A stretch of DNA of 64,000 nucleotides. Source: Octopus sinensis. Taxonomy: Eukaryota. Positions 1 through 11,560 of the stretch are shown here, one piece after another. The DNA lies in assembly GCF_006345805.1 (NCBI RefSeq), contig NC_042997.1, positions 149,792,001-149,856,000 on the forward strand, read 5' to 3'. The notes below the pieces were generated by a model, which saw only the letters and a list, made by a program, of their open reading frames with translations, was not told the DNA's origin and ran no database searches. How positions within the stretch are numbered: the stretch's first letter is position 1; every line of letters begins with the position of its first letter. A program made the position numbers and the translations under genes.

Positions 1-140
1 GCCGGTGCGCATTAATGTCGTCGAGAGGTAGGCCCCGAAACAGCACGCACTCACTCCTGATGATCCCATAAACTTGATAGCTACCGGTATGTGGAGTTCC
101 CGACTGGTAGCACTTGCATATGCAAGTTGTTTGTAAAAAA

Positions 141-186
<46 letters not shown>

Positions 187-297
187 CATATGCATGTATA
201 TATATATAACGATTTACAATAGTTTATATGTCCATATAAATCGATGTGACCCTGAGTGGAAAATTACATGCTGTCTCCATGCCATATCTTGATGTTT

Positions 298-668
298 ACA
301 ATACCAGTGATTGTAGGAGCACTTGGTATGATTAAAAAAGGAGCTGAAAATTATTTAAGAATGCTGCCCATCTATGCAGGAAGTCCAAAAGATTGTCTTA
401 ACTGGTACGTCTCAAGTACTGAGGAGAGCATTGTTGCTGTGAATCTTCTTTCTTTTTTAACCCGCTATATTATATTTGTCTACTTTTTATTTTTTATTAT
501 GTCCTTATTCTCTCTGTCTTCCACTTTTCTTCTATCATATGACTTTGTAAATAAACAATCTGAATCTGGTGTGTTTATTTTAATGGCCTACCAATGTTTC
601 TCTGCCCTAGGCGTCAGGAAGACACTTGGCAAGAAATGGAAATGGAATTGAAAGATGCTAATGAAAAT

Positions 669-736
<68 letters not shown>
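298..736 (+). mobile_element. 5'-truncated R4/Dong-type non-LTR retrotransposon: REL endonuclease C-terminus, 3' UTR and (TAA)n tail (family 1)
   Basis: Translation TIPVIVGALGMIKKGAENYLRML, then after a frameshift PSMQEVQKIVLTGTSQVLRRALLL* (stop 440-442). This matches the C-terminal motif of R4/Dong-clade LINEs as I recall it (TIPVVVGALG...PSLQEIQKIVLLGTAHILRRVL). The 3' UTR ends in (TAA)n at 671-736. Confidence 0.8.
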
Positions 737-738
<2 letters not shown>

Positions 739-1292
739 GCCCTGATGCAGTACCAGGCAGTGGCTCTCATGGCTTCTGATCTTAACTGATTGGAAGTGTT
801 ATCATGTACATTGTTTTGTCTTGGTATAAAAGATGGGCTACAGCAAATATTCTGCTCAATACCACAGATTTGCTTGTCAGTTGTTTGACCTTAACCAGTT
901 GAGCATGTCCCTTAGTGGCTGACGATATGTGCATCTCTGATCACGAGCAGAAGTAGTGGGGGAGCATCATAGCCATGTGTTGAGAGGGATTCTTTGGGGT
1001 TTGAATAATTCACCTCTGGAAACTTGGGTGGTTCTTTCAACATCCTTAAACAACCCTCATTCAGGGACCTTTTGAGCGGGATGGGCTACTCAACCTGAAG
1101 AAAATTCTAACTAGGCCCCACCTGCAAGGTCATGCGCTGTTTATCTTGATATGAGATCGCCATGTCGCGCACATATGGTTGTGATGCATGTGCCTGGTGT
1201 ACCCTTATCAGACGGGTAGTCATGATGGGTATATTGCGCTTCGTATATTTTACCCCAGTGTCACTTTGATGGCATGAACTGCTCTCTCACTC

Positions 1293-1294
<2 letters not shown>
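737..1294 (+). mobile_element. ~560-bp non-coding interspersed element flanked by (TAA)n on both sides, copy 1
   Basis: Colinear end to end with the reverse complement of 34410-34975. Begins AAATGCCCTGATGCAGTACCAGG and ends CTCTCTCACTCAA(TAA)n. No ORF, no TIR. Confidence 0.85.
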
Positions 1295-1349
<55 letters not shown>

Positions 1350-1391
1350 AATAATGATAATATATATCCAAGATTTTATAAGAATGACTAA

Positions 1392-1458
<67 letters not shown>

Positions 1459-1744
1459 GTCATACATGCATTGGTATGTCTCATTCATTGCACTTGGTTT
1501 GATTATATTCAGCACATGCTGTTTCTTGCAAGCAATCGAGTCCTATCTGGAACAAAGTCATATGAGCTACGCTAAGACGACTAAGTGTGTCACGAGGCCA
1601 AAATTAGCTGCCGTGTGTAGCAAATCTAAAATGTTTTTAATATGCATGCCAACACCAATTAAGACATACATTCAAATATATGAGCGTATGCATAGATATA
1701 TGTATATGCATAAATATAAACACATAGATAGACATATATGTATA

Positions 1745-1822
<78 letters not shown>

Positions 1823-1834
1823 GATGTGTGTATC

Positions 1835-1992
1835 CTTTCTACTAAAAGCACAAGGCCTGGGAATTTGGGGACGGGGCTAGTCGATTAGATCGACTCCAAT
1901 ACGTAACTGATACATGATTTATCGACCCCGAAAGGATGAAAGGTAAAGTCGAACTCGGTGGAATTTGAATTCAGACGAAATACCGTTAGTGC
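1835..1992 (-). mobile_element. SINE fragment, family A (GGTCGACTTTGCCTTTCATCCTTTCGGGGTCGAT core)
   Basis: Reverse complement of the core shared with 20075, 38431, 49490, 60637 and 61493. Confidence 0.8.
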
Positions 1993-2000
1993 GTATGCGT

Positions 2001-2033
<33 letters not shown>

Positions 2034-2430
2034 AACTTATGTATGTAAATATATACACATACATATTTATACTCGAGTGGATGTTTTTAGCAAGATAGTA
2101 AATTGAATGGTTCATTAATTATTTTATCGATATTATAATGACAGAAAATTTGATAAATAACGTTATATGAACTTGTCAACATTATCGATATAAATAATTT
2201 ATTCGAAAGTACATATATACACATATATACACACATATAAGTATACTTGCATACATATGAATGTACTTCTTTCTGTACATATGCATACATTTATATATAT
2301 ATATATGCACACACACACACATATATGTATATATGTATATATACATATACATATACATATGCATATGCATGTATAGATCTATGTATGTGTATATGCATAT
2401 AAGTCTATGTGTGTCTGTGTGTGTTTTTAC

Positions 2431-2491
<61 letters not shown>

Positions 2492-5400
2492 AGCCGTGAA
2501 GGAGAGAGGGGGGAAACGTTGATTGATTTTGTCATATATATGACATATAATCTTGAATAATTTTATTAAAAAATATTGGGTATTTGGTTTGCTATATTTT
2601 CCATTTGATCTATGCGGTATGAATTTTAGTTTGTCTTTCGTTTTTCCCATGAATTTATTTCGTTGATGTAGGTTGTAAGGTTGTATTTTGTTCTTGTATT
2701 TATTTTTTAATTCCTGAAACATGTGTAATCTAAAGAAAAATGAGTTTTGATAGATGCAATTATATAAGAAAATTACGCACAAAAAAAAATATATGAAGGA
2801 TGGAGTCAAAGGGTGAGGGGAAATGTCAGGCAGTTTGAAAGAAATGGATTGAAAGCGCAGCATGAAGTAAATAGTGAGGGTAATATTTCAACATTAAAGA
2901 CAAGAAGAAAATCTTAAGGAAATATCTACCCTAATAATCATATATCATTAACATTTTCAACTTCATATCGTCTAATTATTCATTGACGTTCTTTGACCTT
3001 TCTGTGTTGCTGAAATATCAAATGTAATACATTTCCGGTTACAATTTTCAAGGAAAGCAAAGCACAGAAAGAAATTCATGTTCAAAGGAATATAGAAAAA
3101 TATTTCAGATCATAAAATTTCCGACTCTTCATTTAGGTTTCGTTTCACAGGTGAATACAATTGTTTCGTCATTTCTTTTCAGAACATGAATTGCATAAAT
3201 TTGTATGTCTTCTAAATTCTTATATTGTTCCTAGTCAAAACTCAACTAAAATGTCTACTTGGGAGAAAGACGCTCTCATGCATAACCAATTTCGCCAAAT
3301 AAAGACATCTGTTCCCATATATGCTAAATAAGTGTAGGATGTTTATCAATATTATAATCTGACATTTATAATCTGAAATGCTAATTCCATGCAAAATATT
3401 CCCAAGAAAGGAGCGTAATAGACATCAGAAGAAAAAGTATTCTATATATGCACTTTTTGTTGTTGTTTTTTTTGCGGGTGTTAAGCATGGGTGTTTTAGT
3501 TTTGGACTCGAGAGTTAAATGAATATTCTTTCGGGTGTTAGATTTCAACTGTGCCTCAGTTAAACCCAACTACCAGGCATTTGGTTGTATTTATCTTCGT
3601 TTGCACTATTCAAAGCTTTCAGGCAGATCCTAGCTCGGTGGATCTCAAAATGTTCTTCTACAATGGAAAGTGAAAACACTATGATGTCCTTTCTCTTTGA
3701 GCTGTAAAATAAATAGAACCCAATATATATTATCTGGTGTTTTACAGATTCTTTTGATATAGCCTATAAAAAATATTTTCTTACTAAAGCGTACGGCTAT
3801 TTTTCTTGAAGTAATAATTGGCCTTTATCTACCCAATCACCTGATTGCTTCGATTTAGTATTTGTACTGATCCAGTTAGAATAAAAAATACTCACTCAGT
3901 GGATGAAATCCAGCATGCCAACAAATTACAATGAATTCACGAGGGAACAGAAGCATCAGGTGTCAAAATTAGAATAGTAAAGTCTCTTATTTATCTAAAT
4001 ATATATATGAGATTTTGCATTATTCAAAGTAGCTTTTCCTTTCTTAAGAAGGCGCTATGTAATATAAGGGATATCAGCTGCTGTTTTTAATAAAGGAAAA
4101 TACTAACGGTGAAGCGGCTCACACGATGCCAAGATTATGAAAATGTCGACTATGAGGTGAGTGAAGAGGATGAGGTTGAAAACGATGCCGATGATAACGA
4201 CGGCGACAGTGATGATAGTTGCAATTAGGAGAATGATGACGATGAGAACGAAATGTCTCACGAATCATCTTGAAGGATTTAGGACGATGTTTGAAATTTA
4301 TTTTTTCTTGAAACTGCAGTAATATTGTCATGATTGAGGAAAAGCCAAATATAAATACTTTCATATGAAGCAGGATGTGGCTTATTGGCTCGTTTAATCT
4401 TCTATCATTTTTATACATTTGTAAATAGTTTCAAAAATTGCCTTTAATTTGGTTTACATACAAGCCGCCTGGCGTCAGTTTTCTTTGGATTTAATGTTCC
4501 GAATGAAAAATTATATATTAATATGTGTATGTATGTGTCCAAATATGTATATTTGAATGTATGCATGTATGTATGTATGTATATATGTATGTACGTATGT
4601 ATGTATGTATGTATGTATGTATATGTCTATATATGCATGTCTCCCTATTTGTGACGTCCCTAAGAATTTGCACTGTCTTAATATCCATGTTGGACAGTAT
4701 GAAAGAAACCTTAGATGGGTGTGTATCTGTGTGTTCATCTTCGCATGTATGTATGTTTTTACGTTTGAATGTATGTAAGCATGTACGATTTGATGGATAG
4801 AGAGAAAGCGGTACGAGTGTATGTTAAAGCTTGACTAGTGTTTACTTGCGGAATGTATTATATAAAAGAATAAGACATAATTATTAAATATACATAAGGG
4901 AAATTTATAAAGTATCGAATCCATAAATACCTGGCCCAACTCGCATGACGCTCAAGAAAGTATGCATATATACTAGAAGGACCGGCCATTCTTCATCTGT
5001 GGATGTTCCTTGTATTTAACAAAAGTAAAAGTAACCTCGAATCCGTTATGTGCAGATTGGATAAAAGAAATGCTCGTGATAAGGAAGAAATGACTTGTGA
5101 AACTACTGCAAATTTTGTTCGCTCAGTTCTGCAAAGAAAGCTTACTGTTGTGCACAAAGACCAAATATTTAGTCTACGTAAGTATGTAAATAACGAGACG
5201 TCTAAGTCTCTGATGATGAAAAACAACAAACTGATATTAGATTTCGCATTCTGTCAGAACGTATTAAGAGGGAATTTTTACGTTATATGAATTCTCCTAT
5301 TATGCGTGCACTCCAAGGAATTTTCTCTTCTTTTACTCGTCTTCTAAAATCAATTGAGTTATAACGTTTATGAAATGAAATTATTACAGTACCACGTGCC

Positions 5401-5876
5401 AGAATTGTGAAGAAATATTTATTTGAGAAAGTTGGAAATTTGTTCTTATAGTAACTTAAAATATAACGATATAATCATACTTAGTGATCTTTTGAGAAAA
5501 TGCTGTAAGAATTTCCTTTTATAACTTGCATTTTATAAACTTTGAGACTCAACCTAAGCTAAAAATTGTTCTAATCATTGAATACAAAATAATACCAATG
5601 TGAACATGAGTTCATTTAAGAAAATACATTTTCTCAAAAACAGATACTATTGTTTAGGCTGTCTTCATTAATTATAGAGCAATGTTAACTGTTTATAGTT
5701 TCGTTACTATGTAAACATATGACTGAAGATGTGTAAAATATGAGCGTACTTCTGAAAATATGAAAATTAAAAACAAAATGTGAAAAACCGTTTGAATTTG
5801 ATTGACAATTTTTACTGTCATGTCATAATTTTGTTACGTTCGAACTATATATTTATTCTTGCTCTCTCTCCCTCGC

Positions 5877-5925
<49 letters not shown>

Positions 5926-6644
5926 AGCACAATCACACACACACATCTTACCAATGCAAACGGACACACACGCACACACATCATAGACACACAGCACACA
6001 AACACACAGACATGCACACACAGACGCCTCGTTATTATGAGCAGGTGATAAATTCATCAATACGCTATTTGGATGCACGCATACTGGCTTTGCCAACAGA
6101 ATTAGAACCGACGGTCTGCCAAAACCAGAGACTGCAAGAAATCTCCAAGAGAAAACAGAATGTATACATTATTTTAATTACAATGTCTTAATGTATTTTC
6201 CACGTACCATTAACATAAAGTATTTTGTATATATTTATATCTTATCGGTATGAATTCTAGTTTTCTAACGAAAGGAAAAGCAATTAATACTGATGTAGAA
6301 TGTATATTTATTAGCAATCAGTAGACACTCTTGCTCCAGAAGTTCGTGCCACCTCTGTTCAACCAGGTAACTTCCAAATAAATATTACTTTAAGTTTGCT
6401 TGTGTGTGAGCACCAGGTGTGAGACTGTGTGGAAATGGAAGGCATCATCACATTTATTCTTCGCATATAACAAGCAGATGATATATGTGCGTGTACGGTA
6501 ATACACCGACACTCTCTTTAACAAACACACACATATATGTGTATATGTATACACACACACACACACACACACACGCGCACACACATATATATGCATATAT
6601 ATATATATACACGTGTGTGTGTGTGTATACATATATGTGTGTGT

Positions 6645-6942
6645 GAAAGCGCATGGCTTAGTGTTTAAAATGTTGCGTTCACGATTACAAGATCGTGGCT
6701 TCGATTCCCATAACGGGCGTTGTGTTATCTTCTTGAGTAAAGCACTTCATTTTACGTTACTGTGCGATCATTTCGAAATCCGACATGTGGTACCCGTTGC
6801 ACCCGTACAGGTTATGTCGATCAGATTGTGGTATTGAGGTTATGCCTCCACAAATATTTGATCACAGTAAACATAACATCTGTGTGGTTGTTCGGTACGA
6901 AATTGTCGAACGATTATACGTCGTCTAACGACGGCAGAGTCC

Positions 6943-6992
<50 letters not shown>
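6645..6992 (+). mobile_element. tRNA-derived SINE with (ATT)n tail
   Basis: A-box-like TGGCTTAGTGTT, B-box-like GCTTCGATTCCC, body segment TTGAGTAAAGCACTTCATTTTACGTT, and an (ATT)n tail from about 6945. Confidence 0.7.
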
Positions 6993-7028
<36 letters not shown>

Positions 7029-7229
7029 TATCATTGTTGTTGCTGTTGTTCTTGTTGTTCCTTCGTAACACAGTGTAGGTGAAAATGCACTAGAGTCTTT
7101 AGTCATCTGTGAAGTCATAACAAGGACCCCAGACAGATAATACTTTCCTTAAGATGTGCGCTGTGCCGAATAAGGCTGCTTTTTGCATGGGATTTCCAGT
7201 TGCCATAAGAAGTCTTGAAGCTTATATAC

Positions 7230-8365
7230 ATTAACCCTAGCAAATTTTCCTTTTGGAGCATTATAAAAAATAATAATAATGCAGAAATATATGAAAAATG
7301 GATTATCTCAACACCATTAATTCTGCCACGCAAACTACAAATCAAACCACTCCCAGAAGAGCCCGAATAACAAAGACAGCTTAGGGAGAAATTTACACTA
7401 GAGAAAAGGAAAACAGAGATTGCGTTACTTAAACTTAGAGCATGAGAAATGAGACACTGAACTCACTAAACATGCTGATAGACAACTTTTGGAAAGTGTC
7501 ATAAAACTATGGAAAGACATCAGTGAGTCGGAAGAAATAAATTCCCTTCAACGGAGGCAAAACAGTGTTAATTTCTTCCTTAGTTACGAAACTCAGTTTA
7601 AAAGAGACTACATTCCAGATAACTCCTTTCTGGAAAAAAATCGAGAAAAATACAACTACAGAAATAAATAAACGCCCAACTAGATCAACCAATAAACAGC
7701 TAAAAGAACACAAACACACAAAACTAACTTCTCACTTGGAAGTAAACAGTTCTCAATCTAGTAATATTAACAACTCACTAATAAGAAATACTAGAAGCCA
7801 ACCTAGGGTTAGGAGTAAATATTTCTCCCTATCAACTAGAAATGTCCAAGGGACTTCCTCTAGGCATCAACGAAGAAACTCAACCTACGGAATTTCAACC
7901 AAATTACCCAGACAGCAAAGCCAACTCATCTCAAGCATCTCAAGCATAATGAAGCACCCCAACAATTTATTCCAACGAAGAAACTTCCAACCAATTTTCC
8001 CAGACAGCAACATCAGCCTCCCAGCAATCCTAATATAATTGATAACAATAATAATATTTATAACTTCTAACTACCAAATTACAGTAAACAGTTTTTAGAA
8101 CGACTGAATATAAACAGAGACAACGCTTGGAACAAAACATACAGGAAAACCCAAAGTAATAAATGTATCAAAGAAAACGCTCTCTGCAGAGAAAATCAGT
8201 AAACAAGGTAAAGGATTAAAATTTAGCCCAGCCCCACGAATATCTAACCCGAATGAAGTTAAAGACAATATTTCGGAATTCTGCAGAAAATTTGACTCAC
8301 AGAAACACTAACTGACTACAAGGAGGTTAAAAACAGAAATAATTAACTTCCACCTAAATAGGGAA
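7230..8365 (+). mobile_element. Penelope-like element, decayed N-terminal ORF remnant
   Basis: 8156-8311 translates VINVSKKTLSAEKISKQGKGLKFSPAPRISNPNEVKDNISEFCRKF, the VINLS...SKGL.F.P.P...EFCRK motif that precedes PLE reverse transcriptases. Upstream frame FWSIIKNNNNAEIYEKWIISTPLILPRKLQIKPLPEEPE* carries stops. No RT core seen. Confidence 0.65.
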
Positions 8366-8730
8366 TTCTGAGACCATACTATGGACTTCGATATGGATTA
8401 TATTTGTGGTACTCATATGCATTCATGATCTTGCATCTGCTTTTCTGTGGGTATATATAAGTATTTCATTTATTTCATTGGTATTCTCTGCAGACGATGT
8501 TAAAAATTTGGGTTAATTCAGAAATTGGTCCGATCCAGAGGTAACTAAAATAAATTTCTGTTAGCTTGCTCCCTCTCTTTTCGACACGTGTGCAATAATA
8601 ATAGTGTCGCCTTTCAGTATATAGGCAAGAATGTTTTGAAAGCCCTTAATTTTAATTGTATTTGTGATTTCACCTTAACTCATCAATTTTATCTTAATAA
8701 CTCTCTATTATTCTTTCTTTTTTTCTCTCT

Positions 8731-8905
8731 TCTCCCACTATTCTATCCTTCTCTTTCGTTTACTCCTTTCCTTTCTCTTATTATTTCACCTCCTCTTCTC
8801 CCACTATTCTATCCTTTTACTTTTTCGTTTTCTCCCTTCCTTCCTGGTTGTTCTTTTGTCTCCTCTTCTCCAACTATTCTATCCTTCTGCTCTTTCGTTT
8901 TCTCA
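8731..8905 (+). repeat. Three imperfect pyrimidine-rich direct repeats (period about 66-70 bp)
   Basis: TCTCC(C/A)ACTATTCTATCCTT begins at 8731, 8797 and 8867. Confidence 0.75.
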
Positions 8906-9189
8906 CTTCGTTTCATTTGCCTCCTCTTCTCCCTCTCTCTCATTTTTCTCTCATATTCTGTCTCCAAATCTGTTATCTGTCTGTCACTCTCTCCCTCACT
9001 ATTCCTCCTTTGCTCACGTGGCTCCCACGTGACTATAGGCCATTCTCCTAACTTGTGTTTCTTTCTTCCTGTTTCAGCTGGACAGGGAAGACGTATTGTT
9101 CTCTGTCTCCTGTCCAGACTTGTTTCTTCGCGTTCGCCACCACAACCTCGTTTAAACTTAGCAGCCCTTCCTGTTTGTTTTCACTGTCC

Positions 9190-9445
9190 TGTTTTTGTCA
9201 CCAATCTTGATCCTCCGCAACGTCGCAAATTTTATTTAATTTCCTTTGCGAGAGCAACTGTTTTGTCGAAGGCGTATCTTGCCGTGAATTGCTCGAAATA
9301 CGGACAACTGTTGAAGGGTTGTTCCTTGCAATGCTTATCTTGTTTTCCATTTGTTTCTTTCGTTGCTTGCAAACAAGTCCTTATTCCATGTCCTCGTACT
9401 TCGTATTTTTTGTTGTTCATGTTTTGTGACGCCCTGTGCCCACAT
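9190..9445 (+). repeat. Interspersed repeat, copy 1 (possibly a PLE terminal region)
   Basis: Colinear with 36265-36535 (ACCAAT.TTGA.CCTCCGCAA...GAGCAACTGTTTT.TCGAA.GCGTATCTTG...CCTGTGCCCACA). The link to the upstream PLE remnant is positional inference only. Confidence 0.75.
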
Positions 9446-9493
9446 ATGCATATGTATATACGTATGCATGTAAGTACTATACGTATTTATATA

Positions 9494-9552
<59 letters not shown>

Positions 9553-9600
9553 TAATATATGATTGAACGCCACGCATCTTTTCCAAGTTATATATATAAT

Positions 9601-11560
9601 TACCTGGAGAAAGGAATCATTACTGGTTGCACAATTTCCCCTATCTTTTACATCTTAGGATTGAATCTCTTTATAACAGCTGTTAGCAATGAAACCGAAG
9701 GACATAAGGGAATCATGCATCAATCAACATCAAAGATGCCCTTTCATAGACGATATTAGAGTGGTAACCGTAACTCTAACGATATTAGAGTGGCAGCCGT
9801 AACTCTAACCTAATATGCGGAAGCGAAACCAGCACTGACTTTAGTTGAATGCATGGCAGCCATAGGCTAGAATAAAGGTTAAGCTCAAGTAATCAAGGAA
9901 TATGGTCATCGAGAGAGGCACATTAACAAACTAAATCAAGCTGCAAGTGCAGAGAGAGGGTATTACATCAATAGAGCATATTACAAACAAATGCCTTAGA
10001 AAGAGGTTTGATGGTTCACTCTCGGAGAGACGCTGTATCACCAAAACTGAGAAGCAGGTAGAGGAATAGCTGGGGATGACTGAAAGATAGATTTCCAGGA
10101 AACTTTGAAGCATGGCTCTACCAAGAGGGACTGCTTCCGAGACTCATATGGCTATTGACAGTATATTGGATGCCAATGAAAATCGTAGGAACGGTGGAGT
10201 GAAAAATAAACAAATGCCTCCGAATGTGGCTACGTGCCCAACCCACATGAAGCATCACTTCAATAGGCCTGTAAATAAGACATGGACAGCTAACACTCCT
10301 CTTGTCATCCTTGGTGGAGTAATTCGAAATCACGAAATGTAGAATTCTAATGATGTACAGACACTCACCGGGTTAGTGTGTCAGATATGCAAGTATTACA
10401 ACAAGATCCGAGTAGCCAGTACAACAACTGCACTGGCTGAAAGCATGCTGGAACTACGCAGTATCATCGAAGCTACATACAGAGATCGGTAGGGTCTCGA
10501 TTCTTCCCATTTCCAACAATAGAAGAATGCGAACAGCAATGAAAGGAGGGTCATGTTCCATACAGATGTGCGGCACCAGGAAGAAGAAAGGAAAAGATCA
10601 AGATCTGTGAACCCGGTATCTCAGAGTGTTTAAATGGGGGAAAATGGAACCTCCCCAAGAGGAAAAACACATGTACAGACCTGTGGAAACTGGAACCGTT
10701 CCGTGTCTCATTCCTGTTGCGAGCAGTATATGACATGCTCTCAATGCCAACAGACGTGAACAGATGGGGGTTTGAAGGCCGACCAGCTGTGTAGACTTTG
10801 TGGAGAAAGGGACACTCTGTCATACACCTTGTCAGGATGAAAAATTTCACTTAATGAAGAGAGTGAAGGGAGAACAATTGGTGCCATGACAAGTTGCTTG
10901 TAAAAGTCGCTCACAGATTAGAGTGGAAATGACTCAAGAAAGAAACAATATCGGAGGAACAAAACAACAGCAATTAATTTCAAAAGAAGGAGAAATGCCA
11001 GTGAGGACAGCAGGAAAGACAAATAGCTCATTACATGGATCCCCTTCATGACATTTAAAAGTAGACGTGGGAGACAGGCTGCAGTATACCCAGGTCATCC
11101 ATAGAATCTGGGTCCAGGTGTGATCTAAAATGACAAAGAAAATAGTAATGATCGAGTTTACAGTCCCATTGAAGACTAGGGTGTTATCAGGTCAACGAAT
11201 TGAAGCGTGCCAAATGCGAGAGCGTTCTGTAGAATTGCAAGAATAAAGGACGGTAGTCATGGCATTTTCTAGGCGAGGTTAGCCGAAGGGGATTTCTTGC
11301 TCAGTCGGTATGGGGGATGCTTACATTGAAATATAAGAAAAGGAGCAAAGGGTAACTGTACGCATGATGAAAGAGGCAGCAGACAGTCTCTTGCCGGTTA
11401 TGAAGCAAGAGAGAGGAATTAAGTTGGAAGCCAGGACGACGTGGGAAGTGTTTTGGTCACTTGTGCTGACCCACTAAAAAAAGGGTGTTACGTGTCAGGG
11501 TCGAAAACCTAATGATCGTTGGATACCACCGTCTGATAACCTCAGTTTCTCCAGGTCAAA
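9601..11560 (+). mobile_element. Decayed HERO/NeSL-type REL non-LTR retrotransposon (RT 3' half, CCHC finger, REL endonuclease, 3' UTR)
   Basis: Frameshifted motifs in the expected order: LEKGIITGCTISP; FIDDI (9743-9757, RT catalytic motif); FPGNFEAWLYQ; DLWKLEPFRVSFLLRAVYDML; CRLCGERDTL; WCHDKLL; IVMIEFTVP; GEVSRRGFLAQS. Many stops, and a 29-bp tandem duplication at 9752-9809. Confidence 0.88.

Noticed and set aside
4105-4275. Acidic frame DYENVDYEVSEEDEVENDADD with a GAG|GTGAGT donor at 4157, and a His/Arg-rich antisense ORF
   Set aside because: Degenerate (GAT/GAC)n triplet sequence with in-frame stops and no convincing acceptor.
8588-9562. 324-aa ORF, the longest in the track
   Set aside because: F/L/S-rich translation of pyrimidine-rich repeat sequence that is partly shared with 36265-36535; no start context and no recognisable domain.
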